Shown here: piece after piece, positions 56,601 to 64,000 of the stretch
Position numbering within the stretch: position 1 is the first letter of the stretch
Layout: each line of letters begins with the position of its first letter
Assembly: GCF_000142905.1 (NCBI RefSeq)
Contig: NW_013657617.1
Location: 1 to 64,000 of the forward strand
DNA length: 64,000 nt
Direction: 5' to 3'
Origin: Thecamonas trahens ATCC 50062
Taxonomy: Eukaryota > Protista > Apusomonadida
The notes under the pieces: generated by a model
What the model saw: only the letters and a program-made list of their open reading frames with translations
Databases searched by the model: none
Told to the model about the DNA's origin: nothing
Program-made: the position numbers and the translations under genes

Positions 56601-59600
56601 CGGCCGCCACCGCGGCCTCGCTCTGCCGCGAGCTCTGCGTCCAGCTCCACCCGTCAACCTTTGCGCTCCTCCTTTCGCTTCTTCGCCGCTTTGCTGCCGC
56701 CCTCCCGCGCGTCCTCGCCCTCCCGTCCACTGCTCCCGTTCCAGACGACCTCGCCACTGCCGGCTATCTCACCATGGCTGTTCTCCGACTGCTCAAGGTC
56801 AATCTTGCCGTTCTGGTCTCTTCAGGCTATCCGCTGGAAGCTTTTGACTCCAAGCCGCTGCCCGAGACTGCTGCTGCTTCTGCCGCTGGCGGCGCCAGCC
56901 CGGCTACCCTCACTTGGGCCTCACTCTCAGCGGCAGACGTCGCCGCTGCATCTGCTGACCTTCTCCCGCCGCCGTTCAACGAGTCCTTCCCGCCGCTTGC
57001 CATCGAGCACGAGCTCGACGGCGAGGCGCTGGCCCTTCTCTCGCTCACCGACTGCGTCTTGCTCGCCGACAACAAGCTCGGACGCGGAAAAAAGCTCCAC
57101 GCCGCCCTCACGGCCGCTCTCCGCAAGCCTCCGCAAGCTCACGCTCCGGCCACTGATGCCAGCTCGGGCGCTCCGTCATCGCGCAAGCGGCCGGCGCGCC
57201 TCGACACCGGCAGCTCGAGCGCCACCAAGCCGTCGCGCCTCGACGGCTCGCCCTCGGTCTTTGCCACCATTCGCAACGAGCTCGTCGCCCTCACCTCGCA
57301 CTCGCATGCTTGGATCCAGGACGAGGCCTGTGGCGTCCTCACGATGGGCATGAACGCGTTCTATCCCACTCGCGAGGACCGTCTCCTCCTCCTCGGCTCC
57401 ACCCTGGCCAAGGTCGATCCGGCCGCTGCCTCGCCCGACCCGTTCGTCGCCGCCGTCCTCGAGTACTTTGCAGAGCCCGCGACCGTCGCCGACCTTTTTG
57501 TCGCGCCGCTCACCGATGCCCTCACTGGCAAGCCGAGCCTCCCACCGGCCTTTGCCACCATCATTCACAATCTCATCCGTATCATCCGTGCCGAGGCCGA
57601 GGGCCTCCTGGCTTCGCCGCCGGCTCCGTCTTCCGACGCCTCAGACCTGCCGCCAGCACCGTCGACCGCCGCCCGTATGCTCTTCTCCTTCCTCACCCAC
57701 CTCCTCGCTCGTGCCACGGCCTCGTCCGGCGACCTCCTTGACGCCACCGTCACCCTCGCTTCGGACCTCCTCGGCGCCGCGGCAGACGTTGTCACTGCCG
57801 TCGTCGCTGCCGCGCCTGACAATGCCGCTCTTGCAGACTCGGCCTCGCACGGCGCCGCACTCCGCGCCTCGTTTGTCCCCACCATTCTCCCAGGCCTTGT
57901 CTCGGCGCTCCCGGTCCTCGTCGCTTCGTCGGTGGCTCTCGCGGCCAAGCTCTCGCCGCGCCTTGTCGCACTCTTTACCGTACTCGACACGCTCAACGCC
58001 CGCATCCCGGGCATTGCCGAGACCGACGCTGAGCTCCTCACCGCCCGCGCCTCGACCTACACCAAGTCGATTGTCGAAGAGTCACTCCACCCTTACCCGA
58101 CCCATGCCCGGGTCGACAAAAAGGTGACAATCCCCAACGCCACGTCTCTTACTCTCATCTTTTCCAAGTCGTGCCGGACCGAGGGCGGCTCCGACTACCT
58201 CGACATCTACCAGGCTGCGCACCACTCGAACCACCTCTACCGGTTCTCCGGCGCGTACAACCAGGGCTCGTCGTCGTTCCCGGCTGAGCCGGTCACCATT
58301 CCGGGCGACACTGTGTACTTTTACTTTACCTCGGGCCCATACTCGTACTCGCACTACGGCTGGTCGGTCACCGTCTCGGCCCAACTGCCCGACGTCATCG
58401 GCCCGGTCCCGTTCTCGCTTGACCTGCTCAAGAACGTCGGCTGGGCCCTCGGCTCGCTCGCTGCTGTCTCGGTCGCCGGCGCGCCACTCACCGACGAAGA
58501 GGCCGCTCTCAAGTCGCTCCTGGCGTCGCCGCTGCTGGCCCGCGGCTACGCCGGTTCCCCGCCCGACTCGCCTTTCCTTGACGACATGCTCGCGTCCGAG
58601 CCGACGGCTTCACCGGCCACCGCCGGCTTTACCATGTTTCTGGAGATGGCTCAGGCCAACGCCACCGGCGTCTCGCTCGGCAAGAAGGCCCGCGGTGCAC
58701 CCATCGACTTTCTTGTCGAGCGTGCCGTCCTCGCCGCCGCCATCTACCACACCGGCCTCCTGCCCGACACTCTTGTCTACGCCGCGGCCCTTGCCGATGC
58801 CGGCGACAACGCTGCTCTCCGCCCGGCCATGCCCAAGCCGCTGCTCCACCTCTGGCGCCGCGCCCACAAAATCAAAAAGTGGGTCATGCGCGAGTACGAG
58901 GACCGCGAGTCGGCCCGGGATCTCGAGCGCGCCGCCGACTCGGACCTCGGCGCTGCTACCGCCACTTCCGCCGCCAGCGACCGCTCCTTTGCGGCCGAAA
59001 TTGTGCGCAAGGCCAGGTTCCTCCTCTCCTATGCGCCAGCTGCGCTCCCACCGCATGACGCCGCCAACTCACCCGCTGTCCGCGGCAACCCGACGCTTGG
59101 CGCGCTTGTTCCCGCCGCCAACTCGGTCCTCGCGTCTTGGCGCCATGCCGAGGCCCGCTTTGCGGCGTTTGACCTGAACGCAGCTGACGCGCTTTGCAAC
59201 GAGCTCGATGTCTTTCTCCGCACTCCGCTCAACGTGGCGGACCTGGCTTCGGTTGTTGCCACCCGGAGCGAGCGGGCGCAGACCCGTGCTGCCGGCTACG
59301 CTACGCTTGCGACACTCATCCGCGACGTCACCATCCGTTCGGCTGTCTACGATCTCCTCCGCCCCTCGTGCGACTCGCTCGATGTTTCGGTTCGCTCGGC
59401 CTCGACCGGCGTCCACCACCTTGACGCGCTCACCACCGCGCCGCAGACCCAACTCCACGCGGTCCAAGACGCGTTTGCCACCTTCCTTGCCGCTGTCAAC
59501 ACTGTTGTCGGCGACGACGCTACCGCGCCGCCGGTCCGGGCCGCTGCGCTGGCCGCGCTCAACCTCCGCTTCCTCCCCTCGGACCGCAACCTGCTCCTCT

Positions 59601-62600
59601 CATCCGGCGTGATGGCCACGCTGTGGCACCTTGCTACTGCACCGGCTCCGGCGTCTACGCTCTCACACGCCGCGGCCGCTGCCGGAGCGGCGGCCGAGTC
59701 GGAGCCGTCTGCTCCCGCAAGCGACGGGCCGTTGCCCGACGCCGAGCTCGCGTCTGTGCTCGAGCCAGTCTTTGGCCTCGCTGCGGCGCTCTCGCTTCGC
59801 TCCGCGGCGCGCACCATGTTCAAGACTCTGGCCGCAACTTGCATTGCCGAGCCGTCGTCAGCCCGCCTCGCCGACACGCATCCGTTCGAGGCCACATCCA
59901 TCCTTGCCGCGCTCCGCACTGTTGTTCTCGACACCATCTTTGACGACCTTCGCGACGGGCTCACCTCGGGCCTTTGCGCCGGCCTCGACGACGCCTTTCT
60001 CGACCTCAACTTGCCGTTTGGTGCCGATGTCGTGGCAGCGGCGATTGCCAAGTCATCCGGTACCACCTCGCCGTGGTCGCCCTGAAGGGCAAGCCGACTG
60101 CTGCTGCGTCTACAGCCGATGGCGATGTGAGCACTACCAGCGTTCGGACCGTCCTCGCCAAGGTCTTCCAAGGCCTTGGGGTGCCAAGCGGCGTTTACGA
60201 CGACATTCTTCACGGCCACACGCCGTCGTCGCTCCTCGGCACGCTTTATGCTGCTGCCAAGTCGCCGCTCCTCCACGCCTACCTCCTCGATGCACCGGAC
60301 AAGTTCCGGGTTGTCCTTGACGTGCTGGTGGCACCGGCGGCTTCACCGGCGACCCGACAAGCCATCTTCCGCACACTTCGTGCCATGCTCCCGTGCATGG
60401 CGCCAGACGCGCTGGCGTCTGCAGGCCTCGACATTGTTCCGTTCCTTGTTGCCCGCATCGGCGCCGTCGTGGACAAATTTATCGTCTCGTCGTCCAGCGA
60501 CGTGGCCGAGTCGGCACCTGACGGAACTGTCGCCGATGGCGACGGCGACGCCGACGGCGATGCTGCTGCAGCCGGCGCTGGAGCAAGCAACGACGACGAT
60601 GCTGACAAGAATCTCATTCTTGAAGTGGTCATGCTTCTGCGGACGCTTCTCAAGTCGAGCAGCTGGCGCAGTGCCATCCAGACGTTTATGTCGGGGGCGC
60701 TGGCGCAGGTGCCGACCCTCCTTACCGTTGCACCCTCGCCGGGCAACGTCGCCATCTGGTCGGCGCTGGCTGCGCTCTACACCATGGGCGGCATCTCGGA
60801 CCGTGCACGGCCGGGCGGGCGAGTTGAGTTCCTCCGGCCGGATGCCACCCGGACGTCGACTGGCATTGTCATCTCGATCGCCACCGCCGGCAACGTCAAG
60901 GAAGCGCGGGTGCTGGCGGACGAGGCGCTTGACGGGACACGGGCCTCGCTGAGCCCAGAGTCGTACCCCGTCTCGGAGCTCACCATTCTTCCCGAGGTCT
61001 CTGTCGACCCGGGCCTCTTCCCGCTCACGTCGGAGCTTCTTCCGCTTTTTGGCCTCTTCCTCAGCGAGCCGCCTTCGCCGGCCTCGCTTACATACTACCA
61101 GTTCAAGTCGGCGGCGCTGCAAGTGCTTGGCGAGCTCCTCTCACACCCACCGTCGATTGCGCGTTTCCTGTCGGCCGGCATGGCGCCGCTGCTGGTCTCA
61201 GCCTCGCTCACGCACACCTCGCTGACCAAGGGCGTGGCGCTGCCGCTTGTCGAAGAGCGCGCGCTGTACCTGCAGCAGTTTATGCTGCCGTCGGCCTCGG
61301 GCCTTGGTGTGACGCTGACACTTTCGGACGGACAGGGTCCAAAGAAGAAGAAGACGCCAGAGCAGCTCATCGACGAGTTCCTCGCCAAGTCTGGCATGGC
61401 GCCGAAGGAGTACAACGACCTGCGCCAAACGTTTATCTCAGTCGACGTCGACGGCGACGGCTACATCACCCGTTCCGACGTCCAAGCCTACCTCACACCG
61501 CTCTTTGGCTACGAGGTCGAGGGCCGCGAGCTTGAGGAGCAGTTTGGCCAGTTTGACCGCGCTCGCAAGGGCCGCGTCTCGCTCCTCGACTGGCTGCACT
61601 CGTCGTCGGGCCTTCCAGTCCCGCCCGACTCGGACGACGAGAGCGGCGGAGGCGGGTTTAGCTTTGGTGGCGGCAAAAAGGTGAAGCGCAAGCGACTGCA
61701 TCTTCGGGTCGATCGACCGCTTGCGGTTGTCGGCTACATTGACGTCGCTAACGAGCTCAACGGGCTCGACCTTGAGGCGTGGACAGACACCGCGCTCGAC
61801 TTGGTGCCTGCCGAGCCGCTCACCGCGCCGACCGACGGCCTCGAGAATGGCGCGGCGCTCGCCGGCCAGCTTGCGCTTATCTCCATCGATCCAGACCGCA
61901 CGACCGAGGCTGAGCGCAAGGCGCAGATTGCTACCGCCCAGGCCGCCGGCGCCTTTGGCGTTGTCCTCATCTGTCCGAGCGACGACCTTCCGCCTGACAA
62001 TCTCGGGCCCGACCTGGGCGCTGATGAGGCGATCAAGGCCGTGGCCGGCGGTGGCTTTGCCACGCCGCCGCAGAGCTCCGGCCAGCCGAGCGGTGGCTTC
62101 ACATTTGGCTCATCCACCTTTGGTGGCTCGTCCAACGAGCCGGCCTCGCTTGTGGCCTCTCAGTCCAACGCGGGCCTCTTTGGCTCGAGCAACAGTGGCG
62201 CTCCAGCGAGTACCGACTGGAGCGCCGAGCCGGTCTCAGCTGGCTCGTGGGGTGCATCGGCAACACCGGCTGCTGCTGTTGACGCGTCGTCAGGAAACAG
62301 CAACGGCGACGGGGCGACCGGTAGCTCGGGCGATGCAGACGCCAAGCCGAGTGCCAAGCCTGATGTCGATGCCGATGCCGTCGCCGACACCGACGCCGAG
62401 CCAGTTGTTGCCATCACCATTCCGGTCCTCTACGTCTCGGCGTCGGACGGCGCACGGCTACTGGCGGCACTCTCGGACGAGGCTGACAAGGCGGCGGCCG
62501 ATGCTACCGAGGCGGCGTCGAGCGCTGATGCGACTGCAGCAGCCACACCCGCGCCCAAGGACGCGCTCCGAGCGGCGGCTGTCGCTGAGCTCGAGGCGCT

Positions 62601-64000
62601 TGGCTTCCCGCCGGTGCAGGTTGCCAAGCACCTTGCCGCAGCCGAGGGCAACGTCTCTGAGGCTGCGGCATCGCTCTTTCTCATCAAGCACGCCGGAGCC
62701 GAGTCGGAGAACGAGGTGCTGGCGTACGCCTCTCTCGTCGCTGCTGCTCGTGGCGATGCGAGCTCCGCGGCGACGGGTGCCGGCGAGTCAGTCAAGGCAA
62801 CTGACGGCACAGACGCCGCCGACGGTGCGGACGCGGCACTGGCTGCGGCCGACAAGCAGCCGAAGAAGAAGGGCACCAAGCACAAGAAGCACAACAAGCG
62901 CGGGTGGCGCAACAAGCGCCAGCGCAAGACGTCCGACAAGGAAGCCGGTGAAGGCAAGGGCAAGTCGGGCAAGGGTGCCAAGGGTGGCAAGACCAAGGCC
63001 AAGGACAAGTCGGGCAGTAACGAGAAGGACGGCAAGGCCAAGGATAGCTCTGCCTCTGGCAACGACGAAATGGCAGTTGGCGACCTGTTTGGCGAGAAGA
63101 AGAGCGGTGGATCGGCCAAGCTGCCTGCCGGTGACGAGGGCGTGACCCGGGCAGTGTACTACGACCTCGACGCTGCAGGCATAGCCGGCGCGCGGACGAC
63201 GGCCGTCGAGACCGAGGTGCTCTGGCCTTCGATGGAGGGCGTGGACGACGTGTCTTTGGTGGTGACGGACATGCAGGCCGCCCTCTGTACACTCTACACC
63301 CGCAAGGCTGTCCACGCGCTCCTTGCTGAGGCTGCGTCTGCGCCACAGCAGGCGCTGTCGGAGCTGATGGGCTCTGACCCGACCAAGCTGGTGGACTTTC
63401 TCTCCCTCACGGCGTCGTCGCTGGCCAACGATCCGTCTGCGGTGGCACCGTTTGGCGTCGACTCGCCGCTGACGCACCTGCGGCCAGCACTGATGGCTGG
63501 TGTTGTGGCTCCGGGCCCCGGCGGCGAGGCCCTCGGCACGTTGCTTGTTCGCTACGCGGTCGGGACGCTGTACCGGGCGGAGCATCTCGACGACGGCCTT
63601 GGCGGCGGAGCCGGGCGAGTCTCGGCCTTTGCCTCGGTCCACCCCGCGGTCAACTCGTCGGCGTCGATGGGGCCAACGCACGTGAGCGTGCCGGACGCAG
63701 CGAACATGCTGGTGACTTTTGATCCCCGATCGTGCACCGGCAACGCGGGCAACGAGCTTGTGTTCTACAGCGACGCCTCGTGCGAGACTGCGGTGCACAA
63801 GTGCGGCGGGAGCAGCGCCGGCTTTGTCTCGTTTGTGGTTCCGGGCTCGGAGATGTGGTTCAAGTACACCCAGACGATGGAGATTTCGGACGCGGCATCG
63901 TCGTGGGGCTGGCGGTTCATTGTCTCGCCGTCGGCGCTGCCGTCGAACGACGCGGCGCTCGACGCGTTCCCCAACGTTGAGCTGGCGTGCTGGGTTCTTG
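53624..64000 (+). CDS. Giant multidomain protein, HECTD4/MYCBP2-like probable E3 ubiquitin ligase (runs off the window)
   Basis: MGNTTS start, intron 53684-53866, ATDGTYLYIHDAHGLAKIGTG...GHVY, SAM-like region, CUB-like ESLHPY...TEGGSDYL. After a one-base shift at ~60051 an uninterrupted frame encodes EF-hands, PA, UBA and a second CUB-like domain. No catalytic domain lies within the window. Confidence 0.8.
53684..53866 (+). other. C-rich spliceosomal intron spanning an N gap
   Basis: CAA|GTACGC donor and cccccttcgcacAG|GAC acceptor, phase 0. Confidence 0.75.

Overview
GC-rich, intron-poor eukaryotic (protist) nuclear DNA from a draft assembly with five N gaps. Gene style and families suggest an apusomonad such as Thecamonas, but this is inference only. 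About 1-15.4 kb is an accessory or decaying zone: a degenerate Ty3/Gypsy-type reverse transcriptase fragment abuts the stop of a disrupted ~2300-aa bacterial-like giant surface protein gene, followed by a lower-GC cluster of small secreted Cys-containing proteins (two look like distant paralogues) and pseudogene debris. Next come an Fe-type SOD beside a COG0523 (CobW/ZigA) GTPase that carries an odd 77-bp self-replacement, an ankyrin protein with an 18-bp coding minisatellite, and a ~3300-aa PH + poly-C2 protein. Further on are a PLAC8-4TM fusion, a sushi/Ig/Cys-rich 7TM protein, a solute-binding-protein/kinase/cyclase/kinase receptor, ankyrin, HSP20, an APH-like kinase, a hAT transposase remnant, TyrRS, a DMT transporter and GUF1/LepA. 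The window ends in the first ~3400 aa of a giant HECTD4/MYCBP2-like protein whose second half (60050-64000) is missing from the ORF track. Several long genes are split by single missing bases, most likely assembly errors. No CRISPR, rRNA or tRNA was seen. No single new system is proven; the best candidates are listed as findings.
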